Source: Candidatus Woesebacteria bacterium UBA1430
GTDB taxonomy: Bacteria; Patescibacteriota; Microgenomatia; UBA8517
Direction: 5' to 3'
Assembly: GCA_002329465.1 (NCBI GenBank)
Contig: DCTW01000007.1
Span: 3 to 64,002, forward strand
Length of the DNA stretch: 64,000 bases
Each line of letters starts with the position of its first letter. Position 1 is the first letter of the stretch. A program made the translations under genes and the position numbers. Shown piece by piece: positions 37,190 to 47,182 of this stretch. The notes beneath the pieces are model-generated. The model saw only the letters and a list, made by a program, of their open reading frames with translations. It was not told where the DNA came from and searched no databases.

Positions 37190-38257
37190 ATGTACGAGCC
37201 TAGATATACTATTACAAATAAAATTCTAAAAGGAATAGGCCAAATCGAAGCTGCAAAAGAAATAATTGAAGAAGCACCGTTAGTACCGGATTTTGAAAGA
37301 GAATTTAGAGGGGACGCAATAATCCGCCAGATTTACCATGGCACACACATAGAGGGAAACGATTTAACACTCACCCAAACCAAACAAATCCTCGAAGGAG
37401 AAGAAATCTATGCTAGAGATAGAGATATCCAAGAAGTTATAAATTACAGAAACGTCGTTAAGTTAATAGATATTCTAAGCCAAAAAAGAGGTGGGTACGA
37501 TTTAGATATGCTCCTTGAAATACACAAAGAAACAGTAAACAAAATCGTACCTGAAGAAAAATCCGGACACCTAAGAAACACACAGGTAATTATCCGCGAA
37601 GAAGGAACGGGCCGTGTAATTCTAAAACCCCCTCCTCCTCACGAAGTGCCGTATCTGCTTCGTGACTTTTTCGATTGGCTCAATTCGGACCCCGCACGGG
37701 ATATCCATACAATTATAAGAGCGGGGATAGTTCACTACGTGTTAGTAGCGATCCACCCTTTTGTTGAAGGCAACGGGCGCACGGCTCGCGCTTATGCAAA
37801 CCTTGTTATGTTAAAAGAAGGCTACGATATTAAAAAATTCTTTGCAATAGAAGAGCATTTTGACAGAGATCTTGCCGGTTATTATCGATCCTTTTTTGAG
37901 GTGGATAAACAGTCTCCCGATATATCCCAAAGGGAGCTAACCCCTTGGCTTGAATATTTTACCGAAGTCGTTGCCGTTGAGCTGACAAAAATAAAAGACA
38001 AGGTAAAAAGCTTATCAATTGATTCACGGCTTCGTCTTAAAATAGGCGAGCAGGTAGCGCTTTCGGCAAGGCAGGTTAAACTTATAGAATACTTGTCGGA
38101 ACACGGAGCTGCCGTAATGAAAGACCTTTCAAAAGTTTTACCAATGGTATCGGAAGATACTGTATTGCGGGATCTTAAAGATTTACAGGAGAAGAATATA
38201 ATTGAAAAAGAAGGAAGTACAAAAGCCAGTAGATACGTAATCAAAACCAAAAGTTAA
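37190..38257 (+). CDS. Fic-family protein with C-terminal winged-helix domain
   Basis: Canonical Fic motif HPFVEGNGRTAR. N-terminal THIEGN inhibitory-helix-like element. C-terminal HTH-like LSARQVKLIEYLSEHGAAVMKDLSK. Confidence 0.85.
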   Translation: MYEPRYTITNKILKGIGQIEAAKEIIEEAPLVPDFEREFRGDAIIRQIYHGTHIEGNDLTLTQTKQILEGEEIYARDRDIQEVINYRNVVKLIDILSQKRGGYDLDMLLEIHKETVNKIVPEEKSGHLRNTQVIIREEGTGRVILKPPPPHEVPYLLRDFFDWLNSDPARDIHTIIRAGIVHYVLVAIHPFVEGNGRTARAYANLVMLKEGYDIKKFFAIEEHFDRDLAGYYRSFFEVDKQSPDISQRELTPWLEYFTEVVAVELTKIKDKVKSLSIDSRLRLKIGEQVALSARQVKLIEYLSEHGAAVMKDLSKVLPMVSEDTVLRDLKDLQEKNIIEKEGSTKASRYVIKTKS

Positions 38258-38266
38258 AATGCAATA

Positions 38267-38467
38267 ATGTTACCAACAGATCCACAATTTTTATATATGG
38301 TATTAATTCTGCCAAGCCTTTTTGGTCTGACTTTGGTTGGAGAGGGTCTAAATAAAATTGTCCACCACGAGTGGCACGGATTAATAAGTTTATTTTTTGG
38401 AATAGCATTTATAGGAGTTGTAATCTTTGCATATTTTTTCTTTTCTTCCTTCGTCTCAAATGCATAA
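38267..38467 (+). CDS. small two-TM membrane protein (66 aa)
   Basis: Two hydrophobic helices. Preferred over the antisense ORF at 38254-38535. Confidence 0.4.
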   Translation: MLPTDPQFLYMVLILPSLFGLTLVGEGLNKIVHHEWHGLISLFFGIAFIGVVIFAYFFFSSFVSNA

Positions 38468-38480
38468 AGAAAACTAATCC

Positions 38481-40196
38481 ATGAAATTTTCGAAACTGGC
38501 AATCTATTTAGAAAATCTTGAAAAAACTGCCTCAAGAATTAAAATCACCGAAATATTAGCAGAGCTTTTCAAAAATTCGGATAAAGAAGAAATCGACAAA
38601 ATCGTCAATTTAATTTTAGGCAGGCTTGCCCCAAGCTACGAAAATATAGTCTTTAACTTTGCAGATCGCTTGATGCTGCATTCAATATCAAAAGCCTATA
38701 CCCTGGATATCAGCAAAGCGCGCACTCTCTACAAACAAAAAGGCGACTTAGGCGACGTAGTAGAAACACTCGCCTCAAAAGATATCAAAGGAACTATGGA
38801 TGTAGCTCGGGTTTACAAAAAGCTTGTTAGAATCGCAAAAGAGCAAGGCGAAGGAAGCCAAGAAAGAAAAATAGACGAAACGGCTGATTTATTAAAAAAG
38901 CTGGATCCCAAAAGCGCTAAATATACGGTAAGAATAATTTTAGGCAAATTAAGGCTTGGATTTTCGGATAAAACAGTACTCGATGCACTCTCTTGGATGC
39001 TTAAAAACGACAAATCAATTAAAAAAGATCTCGAAAAACTCTATCACATCACACCGGATGCAGCGCATCTTGCAAAAAGCATAAAAACGCAAGGTCTCCA
39101 AAAGGCGCTTATAAATACAACGGCAAAAGTGGGAATTCCAATTCTCCCCATGCTCGCTCAGCGCCTTAAATCTCCGGAAGAAATGATTGAAAAAATGGGT
39201 AGGGTAGCTGTGGAGCCGAAATTCGACGGTCTTCGCATTCAAATTCATTTTCAAAATAATCCGAGAATAATCAAAGCCTTTACTCGCAACTTAAACGAGG
39301 TTTCATGGATGTTTCCTGAGCTGGAAAAAATAAAGGATTTGGTTAGCGCCAAAAGCGCTGTCCTTGATACAGAAGCAATAGGAATAAGCGAAGACAGGAA
39401 AAAGCTCGCTAATTTCCAGACAACAATGACAAGAAGGAGAAAGCATGAAATAAATAAATTTATGAACAAAGTACCCATCAGATTTTATGTTTTTGATATT
39501 TTGGTTAAAAACGATAAAAGCCTTCTTGATCTGTCTTATATCAAAAGGCGGGAAGCATTAAACGCCGTAGTATCAAAGCAAGGCCTTCTGGTAATTGACG
39601 ATTTTGTTCTAACGTCAAGCCCAAATGATATCCGAAAAGAAATGAAAAAAAGTCTGAATCTTGGACTCGAAGGCATAATAGTCAAAAAAGCCAACAGCTC
39701 CTATATGCCTGGGCGTACAGGTTGGCGCTGGGTGAAAATGAAAGAAGAAGAAAGCTCCCGCGCCAAACTGGCAGATACCGTTGATTGCGTAATTATGGGC
39801 TATACACTTGGAAAAGGAAAAAGAGCAAGCTTTGGCATAGGACAATTTTTGGTTGGTATTCAAGACAAAAACCAAATCAAAACAATCACAAAAGTTGGCA
39901 CAGGTATAACAGACGAAAAATTCCACTATCTTAATAAACTGCTAAAGCCCTTAAAAACAAAAAATAAGCCTCAAAGTTATCTTCTAAAGGATAAAAATCT
40001 CACGCCCGACTATTGGGTTGAGCCGAAAATCTTGGTGGAGCTTGCGGCCGATGAAATTACAGTTAGCCCCACACACTCATCCGGCTTTGCCTTAAGGTTT
40101 CCACGTATGGTTAAAATAAGAGACGACAAGTCGCCTGAAGAAGCAACAACCATTAAAGAAATAAAAGAGCTTTATAAAATGCAAAACAAAAGATAA
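38481..40196 (+). CDS. lig: ATP-dependent DNA ligase (Lig1/archaeal-type with N-terminal DNA-binding domain)
   Basis: Motif I EPKFDGLR (adenylated Lys), EGIIVK, WVKMK and an OB domain. A ~230-aa N-terminal helical domain precedes them. Confidence 0.85.
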   Translation: MKFSKLAIYLENLEKTASRIKITEILAELFKNSDKEEIDKIVNLILGRLAPSYENIVFNFADRLMLHSISKAYTLDISKARTLYKQKGDLGDVVETLASKDIKGTMDVARVYKKLVRIAKEQGEGSQERKIDETADLLKKLDPKSAKYTVRIILGKLRLGFSDKTVLDALSWMLKNDKSIKKDLEKLYHITPDAAHLAKSIKTQGLQKALINTTAKVGIPILPMLAQRLKSPEEMIEKMGRVAVEPKFDGLRIQIHFQNNPRIIKAFTRNLNEVSWMFPELEKIKDLVSAKSAVLDTEAIGISEDRKKLANFQTTMTRRRKHEINKFMNKVPIRFYVFDILVKNDKSLLDLSYIKRREALNAVVSKQGLLVIDDFVLTSSPNDIRKEMKKSLNLGLEGIIVKKANSSYMPGRTGWRWVKMKEEESSRAKLADTVDCVIMGYTLGKGKRASFGIGQFLVGIQDKNQIKTITKVGTGITDEKFHYLNKLLKPLKTKNKPQSYLLKDKNLTPDYWVEPKILVELAADEITVSPTHSSGFALRFPRMVKIRDDKSPEEATTIKEIKELYKMQNKR

Positions 40197-40219
40197 TTTT
40201 TCTTGTGTTAATAAAATTA

Positions 40220-42661
40220 ATGAGAAAGGACAAGACAGGATTAAGCGAAAAAGAAGCAAAAAAAAGACTTCAGACATACGGGCCAAACGTTCTTCCCGAA
40301 AAACCCCCGCCTAGTGCAATAATCGTATTTCTTTCACAGCTTAAAAACCCATTGGTTTATGTTCTCCTCGCCGCAAGCCTGATCACCTTTTTCTTAAGAG
40401 AATTGGCTGATACCTTTATCATTCTTGTCGCCGTATTTATAAATACACTTTTGGGCTTCGTGCAAGAAGAAAGAGCAAACAAAGCTCTCTACTCCCTTAA
40501 AAAATTAATAGAGCCTCATGCAAAAGTAATCCGCAGCAAAATAGTAAAGGAGCTTCCTGTTGAAATGATTGTTCCTGGCGATTTGGTCATTCTCGAACAA
40601 GGAATGAAAATCCCCGCAGATGGAAAGATAACAAACGCAAGCCATTTTTTTGTGTCGGAAGCAATTCTTACGGGTGAATCGGTAAGCGTACCCAAGTCGC
40701 TCGAAAACGATGTTTTTATGGGTACAATAGTCGCCTCAGGTCGTGCAGAAATGGTAGTTGAAAAAACGGGCAAAGACACCCAAATGGGAAAAATTGCTCT
40801 AAATATCCAAGGTAAAGGTGAAGACACACCCCTAAGAAGGCAGCTTTCAGTCTTTAGTAAACAGCTGACTGCTTTGGTTTTTATACTTACAGCATTTGTA
40901 TTTTTGGTGGGTTTAGCAACAGGAAGAGAGCTAAGCGATATTTTTACCACTTCGGTAGCGCTTGCAGTGTCTGCAATCCCAGAAGGGCTTCTTGTTGGCC
41001 TGACCGTGGTATTGGCAATAGGAATGCAAAGAATATTAAAAAAGAAAGGTTTAGTCAGAAACTTGGTTTCTGCCGAAACCTTGGGTGGAGTAACAACTAT
41101 TTGCGTAGATAAAACAGGCACGCTTACAGAAGGCAAAATGCAAGTAGTAGAAACATTTGGCGCCGAAAAAGATTTGGTGCTGCAAGCAGCCATCGCAAAC
41201 GATTTGGACGACCCCTTGGTTATATCAGCCTGGGAATGGGCTGCCGAAAAGCTCAAAAAAGGTAAAAAAAGCCCGGAATATCTCCGTAGGCTGTACCCCA
41301 GGATAGACAGCATCCCGTTTTCATCCAAAAGCAGATTTTTCGCAAGTCTAAACAAAAGAAAAGACACAAAAACGCTTTTTGTCAATGGCGCTCCGGAATT
41401 TCTTCTTGGTTGGTCAAAAATTGATTCGGGTATGAAAAAAAGCATAGAAAAAAAAATAAAATTTTTTACCAAATCCGGATATCGCGTAGTAGGCTTCGCA
41501 AGAAAAAAAAGCACCGATATCAGTACAATCTCCGAAAACGATGTCAAAAAAAATTTAGAATTTGTCGGCATCTTAGCATTTTCGGATCCCATACGTCCGG
41601 GAGTGGAAAGCGCTTTTGAAAAAACCAAAAAAGCAGGCATTAACGTTATCGTTATAACAGGCGACTATCCGGATACCGCAATCTCGGTGATGAATAAAAT
41701 AGGGCTTTTTATCACGCAAGAAAGCGTTATAACAGGCTCCGAACTTGATAAAATTCCCGCTGGACAGCTTGCTAAAAAGCTCAAAAATAAGCAAATAAAC
41801 CTTTTTGCAAGGACCACGCCAGAGCAAAAGCTTAAAATCATAAAAGCTCTCAAAAAAAGCGGTGAAGTAGTAGCCATGATGGGAGATGGTGTAAACGACG
41901 CCCCGGCACTTAAAAAGGCTGATATTGGCATCGTTGTAGCAGAAGCCACAGATGTAGCCAAAGAAACAGCAGATTTAGTGCTCCTCGACAGCAACTTCGC
42001 AACAATAGTAGAAGCCGTTGAAGAGGGGAGAGGTATCTTCGATAACATAAGAAAAATAATTCTTTATCTAATGAGCGACGCATTTGAAGAAATAATAGCA
42101 GTCATGGCAGCAATAATTTTAAATTTTCCGCTTCCCGTAACCGCAGCCCAAATTCTTTGGATAAATTTGGTTTCAGATGGATTTCCCAATCTGGCTCTTA
42201 CTCTTGATCCTAAATCATCCAGCATTATGAATCGCCCGCCAAGACGTCCTCAAGAAAAGGCAATTTCGGCTTGGATGAGAGAGTTGATTTTTATAGTTTC
42301 ACTATCGGGTGGACTTATAGCCTTTATTTTGTTCCTGATCTATTACCAAAAAACAAACAATCTTCTTCTGGCTCAATCAATAGCTTTTGCCACCCTTGGA
42401 GTAAACTCATTGGTTTATGTTTTTTCCGTCCGCACCCTGAAAGCACCTTTCTGGAAGGAAAATCCTTTTAAAAACAAATGGCTCAACGCCTCGGTCCTTG
42501 CCGGCCTTTTACTTCAATTTACTCCATTCGCTTTAGGTCGGCTCAGAAATTTTTTTGAATTAGCTCCACTTTCATACCAGCATCTTATTTCGATTTTTTC
42601 AGCCTCTTTTGTTATGTTTATAATAATAGAGATAGGTAAAATTTATTTTAAAGAACAATGA
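40220..42661 (+). CDS. P-type ATPase, type II (Ca2+/cation-transporting)
   Basis: TGES, PEGLLV, CVDKTGTLT, TGD and MMGDGVNDAPALKKA. ATG at 40220; the track start at 40205 is GTG. Confidence 0.9.
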   Translation: MRKDKTGLSEKEAKKRLQTYGPNVLPEKPPPSAIIVFLSQLKNPLVYVLLAASLITFFLRELADTFIILVAVFINTLLGFVQEERANKALYSLKKLIEPHAKVIRSKIVKELPVEMIVPGDLVILEQGMKIPADGKITNASHFFVSEAILTGESVSVPKSLENDVFMGTIVASGRAEMVVEKTGKDTQMGKIALNIQGKGEDTPLRRQLSVFSKQLTALVFILTAFVFLVGLATGRELSDIFTTSVALAVSAIPEGLLVGLTVVLAIGMQRILKKKGLVRNLVSAETLGGVTTICVDKTGTLTEGKMQVVETFGAEKDLVLQAAIANDLDDPLVISAWEWAAEKLKKGKKSPEYLRRLYPRIDSIPFSSKSRFFASLNKRKDTKTLFVNGAPEFLLGWSKIDSGMKKSIEKKIKFFTKSGYRVVGFARKKSTDISTISENDVKKNLEFVGILAFSDPIRPGVESAFEKTKKAGINVIVITGDYPDTAISVMNKIGLFITQESVITGSELDKIPAGQLAKKLKNKQINLFARTTPEQKLKIIKALKKSGEVVAMMGDGVNDAPALKKADIGIVVAEATDVAKETADLVLLDSNFATIVEAVEEGRGIFDNIRKIILYLMSDAFEEIIAVMAAIILNFPLPVTAAQILWINLVSDGFPNLALTLDPKSSSIMNRPPRRPQEKAISAWMRELIFIVSLSGGLIAFILFLIYYQKTNNLLLAQSIAFATLGVNSLVYVFSVRTLKAPFWKENPFKNKWLNASVLAGLLLQFTPFALGRLRNFFELAPLSYQHLISIFSASFVMFIIIEIGKIYFKEQ

Positions 42662-43632
42662 TAGCGCTACGCCTAATAATAATATTTATTTTTTCCTTTT
42701 TATTAATTAAATCATCGGAACTTGTTATAATCTCACTCAAAAAAATTAGCGCCAAAACAAAAACAGGCGTTTTCGCTCTCTCAGCAATAATTATGGCAAT
42801 TGGCACCTCCTTGCCCGAGTTGTTTTTGGGGATAACAGCGGCACTCGACGGCTCACCAAACTTATCTCTTGGAAACGTAATTGGGGCAAACATAGCAAAT
42901 ATAACCCTTGTCGCAGGTATCTCTGCTGCAGTCTTTGCAAAAAGCGTTCACATACGCGAAGACTATCTTCATAAAGACGTCGGCATCGCACTAATTGCCG
43001 GTATAGCGCCGATAATTCTAATATTAGACAAATCCCTTAGCAGGGTTGATGGGCTTGTTCTCCTTTCGGTTTACGGCGTGTACGCAACAAGCATTTTCAA
43101 AAAGCGCTATACCGAAATAGCCAGGGGTGGCGAAGTTAGCGACCATTTTCACAAAATCCTGCGAAGCATCCCTATATTCGACGGTAAAAACACAAAAGAA
43201 TTAGGAAGATTATTCTTAGGAATAGCGCTCCTTTTGTTTTCTGGAAATATTATAGTAGAAAACGCAGAATGGGTAGCTCATGCCACAAATATACCAATCT
43301 TTCTTGTGGGCTTGATAATACTCTCAATAGGCACAACGCTTCCCGAAATAGCATTTTCCGCCAAATCCCTGCGCGACCATGAGCCCTCAATGTTTCTCGG
43401 CAACCTCCTGGGCTCAATAATTGCAAATTCAACCTTCGTAATAGGCTTGGTGGCGGTGATTTCACCCATAAAAATACAAGCATTTCAAGACTATACAGTC
43501 GCAGCAAGTACGTTTTTGTTGGTTTTTCTACTTTTTTGGTTCTTTGTTAAAAGCAAGCACCGCCTTGACCGCTGGGAAGCCATCCTCCTTTTAACTCTTT
43601 ACATAATATTTATTCTTCTGGAATTCATGTAA
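42658..43632 (+). CDS. Ca2+/cation antiporter (CaCA/YrbG family)
   Basis: Two alpha-repeat motifs, GNVIGANIANITLVAG and GNLLGSIIANSTFVIG. ATGA overlap with the ATPase gene. Confidence 0.8.
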   Translation: MIALRLIIIFIFSFLLIKSSELVIISLKKISAKTKTGVFALSAIIMAIGTSLPELFLGITAALDGSPNLSLGNVIGANIANITLVAGISAAVFAKSVHIREDYLHKDVGIALIAGIAPIILILDKSLSRVDGLVLLSVYGVYATSIFKKRYTEIARGGEVSDHFHKILRSIPIFDGKNTKELGRLFLGIALLLFSGNIIVENAEWVAHATNIPIFLVGLIILSIGTTLPEIAFSAKSLRDHEPSMFLGNLLGSIIANSTFVIGLVAVISPIKIQAFQDYTVAASTFLLVFLLFWFFVKSKHRLDRWEAILLLTLYIIFILLEFM

Positions 43633-43641
43633 ACTAAACTA

Positions 43642-45294
43642 ATGGAGGATAATTTATCCGACGAGACAGTAATTTCCCAACCAACTCAAAACCTGGGAAA
43701 TACTGAACAAGGTGCGGGTTCCAGCAAAAAAGAAGCCTTAAACAATCTAAAAAAAGCGCTTGAAAATTTAGACACAAATAATAAAGTCGACGCTTATCTA
43801 GAAATATGGAAAGCACAAAGGGATATAGAAGATATTTATCAAAGAGAAGGCCTGGGAATAAGTCCTCCTTCTCCAGAAAACAAACAAAAAAGGAATGAAA
43901 AGTTAAATGAGGAAATAGATAATCTTAGGCAAGAATATACAAATGAACCCGATAAGTTTGAGTCCTTCAAGAAAATTGTAGATGAGCGCTCAGAAAAAAT
44001 GATCACAAGGCTCAAAAACGACCTTAATGGGATGCCGGAACAGAATTTTCAACAAGAAGCCAAGATCTTAAGAGAAAATTTTGAGACAGCCTTAGAGCGT
44101 GCACAAGCAGTCTCATCAGGCCACAGATTTAAAGGTAACATTAACAATATTGAAATGAGTCTATTAAGACTTTTTGCAGTAAACGAGCTTGGCCGTTACA
44201 CAGAGCTTCTTGCCAATATTAACAAAGGTAATAATGTTGATGAAGACGATCTTAGCAAAGCCCGCGGCAGTGTAGAGCAACGCCTGCAAGAAAACAATGA
44301 ATTTGCAAAAAGGTTTACAGATCGCTTAATGGCTTTGAACACCTTGCTTGACGAAGCCGAGAAGGAAAGCCAAGAACAAATGCCCAAAAGCGCTGGACCC
44401 CCCAGATGGTTTACCGAAACAAGAGAAAAACCAACCTCAAAACCACAGACTCAAACTCCTAATTCAAAGCCTCAAATCCCGGATAGTGAAAAATACAGGC
44501 GTTTTTTTCAATATAACAAAGCTCGTCCGTCAGATAAAGCTATTAAAGATTTAGCTCGAGAATACAAAATAGACGAAGAACAAGCCGCCTTTCGTTTAGC
44601 AACAAGAAGAATTCACGAAAAACCGACCCCCAAGTTCACCAGAGAAGAGGAGATGGAATATCTAAGAAAGCTTTACCCCAACCTAAGCGATGAAGAAATT
44701 GAGTACAAATACCTAAGCGAATCGCTTAAACCGCGCAGAACCCCGGTTATCCGTACTGACAAGCGGAGTGCCAATGCGGTTAGCAAGACACCCCGACCGG
44801 GCGTTGGCATGCTAAAACATAGAGCCGATGAAATAACCGAGGAAAAAGCGCGTTTTGATCAAGAAGTAGCAAAAATAATAGAACAAGAAAAAGGCAATGC
44901 CAAAGCCATTGCCAAAAAGCTTCAAAAAGCTTCTGAAAAAGTTGACAGACTTATGTTTTCAAAAAATGCCCAAAAAAGGCAAAACGCCCTTAACGAACAC
45001 GAAGCGCTTCTGGAAGCTTTTAGAAGTCTAAACTTTACTCACGAGAATTATAATAACCCTGATATTTCATCTCTTCTTAAGCTGCACGCCGATCTTCACA
45101 GCTTTACCACAGATTTTAACCGCCTCGGAATTACCAAAAAAGACGTGCGAAAATTTTTCCCTAGGCTCAAAATATTAAGAAGAAAGCCCAAACCTAGCGA
45201 ACAAGATAAACTAACAAAAATATCTTATTACATTCAAAACAAAAAAGCACGAAAAGATAAAACAAAAATTGTTAAAAATTTAAAAGAAAAGTGA
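43642..45294 (+). CDS. large charged hypothetical protein (550 aa)
   Basis: Long uninterrupted ORF, K/E/R-rich and helical, with no TM helix. No family recognised. Confidence 0.5.
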   Translation: MEDNLSDETVISQPTQNLGNTEQGAGSSKKEALNNLKKALENLDTNNKVDAYLEIWKAQRDIEDIYQREGLGISPPSPENKQKRNEKLNEEIDNLRQEYTNEPDKFESFKKIVDERSEKMITRLKNDLNGMPEQNFQQEAKILRENFETALERAQAVSSGHRFKGNINNIEMSLLRLFAVNELGRYTELLANINKGNNVDEDDLSKARGSVEQRLQENNEFAKRFTDRLMALNTLLDEAEKESQEQMPKSAGPPRWFTETREKPTSKPQTQTPNSKPQIPDSEKYRRFFQYNKARPSDKAIKDLAREYKIDEEQAAFRLATRRIHEKPTPKFTREEEMEYLRKLYPNLSDEEIEYKYLSESLKPRRTPVIRTDKRSANAVSKTPRPGVGMLKHRADEITEEKARFDQEVAKIIEQEKGNAKAIAKKLQKASEKVDRLMFSKNAQKRQNALNEHEALLEAFRSLNFTHENYNNPDISSLLKLHADLHSFTTDFNRLGITKKDVRKFFPRLKILRRKPKPSEQDKLTKISYYIQNKKARKDKTKIVKNLKEK

Positions 45295-45323
45295 TAATAT
45301 AAATTAAGGGAGGTGATTAGTTA

Positions 45324-45650
45324 ATGGCAGCAAAAGAAATTCAAACAGGCTTGAAAAAAGAAACGGCCGCGGCACTGTCCTACGTTTTAGGGCCAATTAC
45401 AGGTGTAATTTTTTTGTTACTGGAAAAGGACCCGTTTGTTCGCTTCCATTCTATGCAATCTATAGTTTTTAGCGTAGCAGCTTTAATTCTCAATACGCTT
45501 TTGACGGCTACCGTGGTACTTGCCCTTTTCGTTCCCATCCTTTTTCTTTTAGAGTTTGCTCTTTGGTTAATGCTTATTTATAAAGCTTCGCAAGGAACAG
45601 AGTGGGAATTGCCTGTTTTAGGCAAATACGCCAAAAAATTCTTAAAATAA
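45324..45650 (+). CDS. small multi-TM membrane protein (DUF4870-like)
   Basis: AALSYVLGPITGVIFLLLEKDPFVRFHSMQS pattern. Strong SD AGGGAGGTGA upstream. Confidence 0.6.
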   Translation: MAAKEIQTGLKKETAAALSYVLGPITGVIFLLLEKDPFVRFHSMQSIVFSVAALILNTLLTATVVLALFVPILFLLEFALWLMLIYKASQGTEWELPVLGKYAKKFLK

Positions 45651-45677
45651 ATCGTCAAAAAGTGTTAAAATTGCCCA

Positions 45678-46145
45678 ATGAAGCTCGCCATAGGCCTTGG
45701 TAATCCTGGTAAAAAATATGCTCTAAATCGCCATAATGTAGGTTACATGGCAATTGACTGGCTAAAAAGAAATAATCTGCCAAGCCGTGTCATTCTCAAA
45801 AAATCAGGAGTTTTTATGAATTCCTCCGGACCGGCAGTCAAAAAACTGATCAATCATTTTTCATTAGACACTGATAATTTATACATTGTTTACGACGATC
45901 TTGATATCCCGCTCGGAAAATTTAAAATCCAAAAAGGGATAGGTCCCAAGGGCCATAAAGGCTTAAACTCAATCTATAGCGCGCTTAATACCAAAGATTT
46001 CTGGCACATAAGAATAGGGGTGGACAATAGAACTCCCCAAGACAAAACACCAGGTGAAGATTACGTTCTTTCGGATTTTACAGACGAAGAAAAACTTTTA
46101 CTTAATAAAACTTTTACGGATCTTAGCAAAGAATTGGCTAAATGA
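45678..46145 (+). CDS. pth: peptidyl-tRNA hydrolase (short form)
   Basis: GLGNPGKKYALNRHNVGYMAID N-terminal block with the catalytic His. Confidence 0.85.
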   Translation: MKLAIGLGNPGKKYALNRHNVGYMAIDWLKRNNLPSRVILKKSGVFMNSSGPAVKKLINHFSLDTDNLYIVYDDLDIPLGKFKIQKGIGPKGHKGLNSIYSALNTKDFWHIRIGVDNRTPQDKTPGEDYVLSDFTDEEKLLLNKTFTDLSKELAK

Positions 46146-46444
46146 GCGACAAAACTTTTACAAAACTCAAAGATATTCTTAAAGATTATAAATCCGAAGA
46201 AGATAAATATATATCCCGTGAGTTCCAAAAATATGGCTATGATCTGGCCGAAGAGCTGGGGGACTTAAAGCATAAGGCCCTCTACATAAAGCTTGCCAAA
46301 GAAACTCCAAGAGGACTTTTAGAGGCGGCAAGAAGCTTTGTCAAAGATGCCGAAAACGCCAAAAACAAAGGAGCCCTTTTTATGTGGAAACTCGCCGAAT
46401 TGAAAAAAAAGCGGGTTTACACACAAAAGGAGCGCAGGCGCTAG
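46142..46444 (+). CDS. hypothetical protein (100 aa)
   Basis: ATGA overlap with pth. Helical and basic at the C-terminus. Confidence 0.5.
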   Translation: MSDKTFTKLKDILKDYKSEEDKYISREFQKYGYDLAEELGDLKHKALYIKLAKETPRGLLEAARSFVKDAENAKNKGALFMWKLAELKKKRVYTQKERRR

Positions 46445-46487
46445 CCGAGAACTAAACTTTTTAGATAAAAGCGCAGCTACTTGGATT

Positions 46488-46721
46488 TTAAGGTTTCGAT
46501 AGCTTTCGCCCTCCTTGTCTAATCTGTTCTCTGACTATCGACAAGATTCCGCCCTCAGCCGCTGCCGCATTTTCCGCTCTAATTAACTCAATAGTATCAA
46601 TACTCAAGGGCGCATCGCTGTACTCTTCTGGAGTATTTTTTTTCCTTAAAACATAATTTCTTACTCCTGGAGTTGGTTGTACAGCATCGCTTTTTTGAGG
46701 TAAATCATTCTCAGCACTCAA
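46488..46721 (-). CDS. hypothetical protein (~77 aa)
   Basis: TTG at 46721 lies 6 nt after GAGGGGGGGTGA on the minus strand. No family recognised. Confidence 0.35.
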   Translation of the reverse strand: MSAENDLPQKSDAVQPTPGVRNYVLRKKNTPEEYSDAPLSIDTIELIRAENAAAAEGGILSIVREQIRQGGRKLSKP

Positions 46722-46861
46722 AAAAATCACCCCCCCTCAATAAAAAAAGAGCCGTAATAGGCTCAATATTATTAAATTTTCGTAGTATAATTATAATCGA
46801 CGGATCGTTCATTTTATCCGCCCCACGCTTACCACGGGGTTCAATTATAGCATAAATATCT

Positions 46862-47182
46862 ATGGAAAATAAAAATACCAAAAGTTTTTATTCAAAAGTT
46901 TACCAAATAGTAAAAAAAATTCCTCCCGGAAAAGTGGCAACTTATGGTCAAATTGCAAAAATATTGGGAACACGGGATGCAAGACGGGTAGGCCACGCTC
47001 TTCACGCAAATAAAGATAGGCTTGTGCCCTGCCATAGGGTGGTGGATAAAAACGGCCGTTTAGCGCCAAACTTCGCCTTTGAAGGATCTAAAGAACAAGC
47101 AAGAAGACTAATAAAAGAGGGTATAGCGCTAACTGACGAAATGCACGTAGATTTAAGTCTCTATTTATGGAAAAAGGTCTAG
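46862..47182 (+). CDS. MGMT-family (O6-alkylguanine-DNA alkyltransferase C-terminal domain) protein
   Basis: YGQIAKILG ... RRVGHALHAN ... VPCHRVV (PCHR active-site Cys). Confidence 0.8.
   Translation: MENKNTKSFYSKVYQIVKKIPPGKVATYGQIAKILGTRDARRVGHALHANKDRLVPCHRVVDKNGRLAPNFAFEGSKEQARRLIKEGIALTDEMHVDLSLYLWKKV

Noticed and set aside
38254-38535. 93-aa minus-strand ORF
   Set aside because: It overlaps the ligase start and is antisense to a better-looking two-TM mini-protein (38267-38467). It has no motifs.
40516-41640. 374-aa ORF on the minus strand
   Set aside because: It is entirely antisense to the strongly supported P-type ATPase and has a low-complexity S/P/F/K-rich translation with no motifs. 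It is a shadow ORF.
46749-46764. Hairpin GAGCC-gtaata-GGCTC with an A7/T7 run as a rho-independent terminator
   Set aside because: The U-tract lies on the minus strand, but the hairpin sits upstream of the minus-strand ORF start and between divergent genes, so there is no transcript to terminate. The stem is only 5 bp. It might belong to an unannotated small RNA, but there is no further support.
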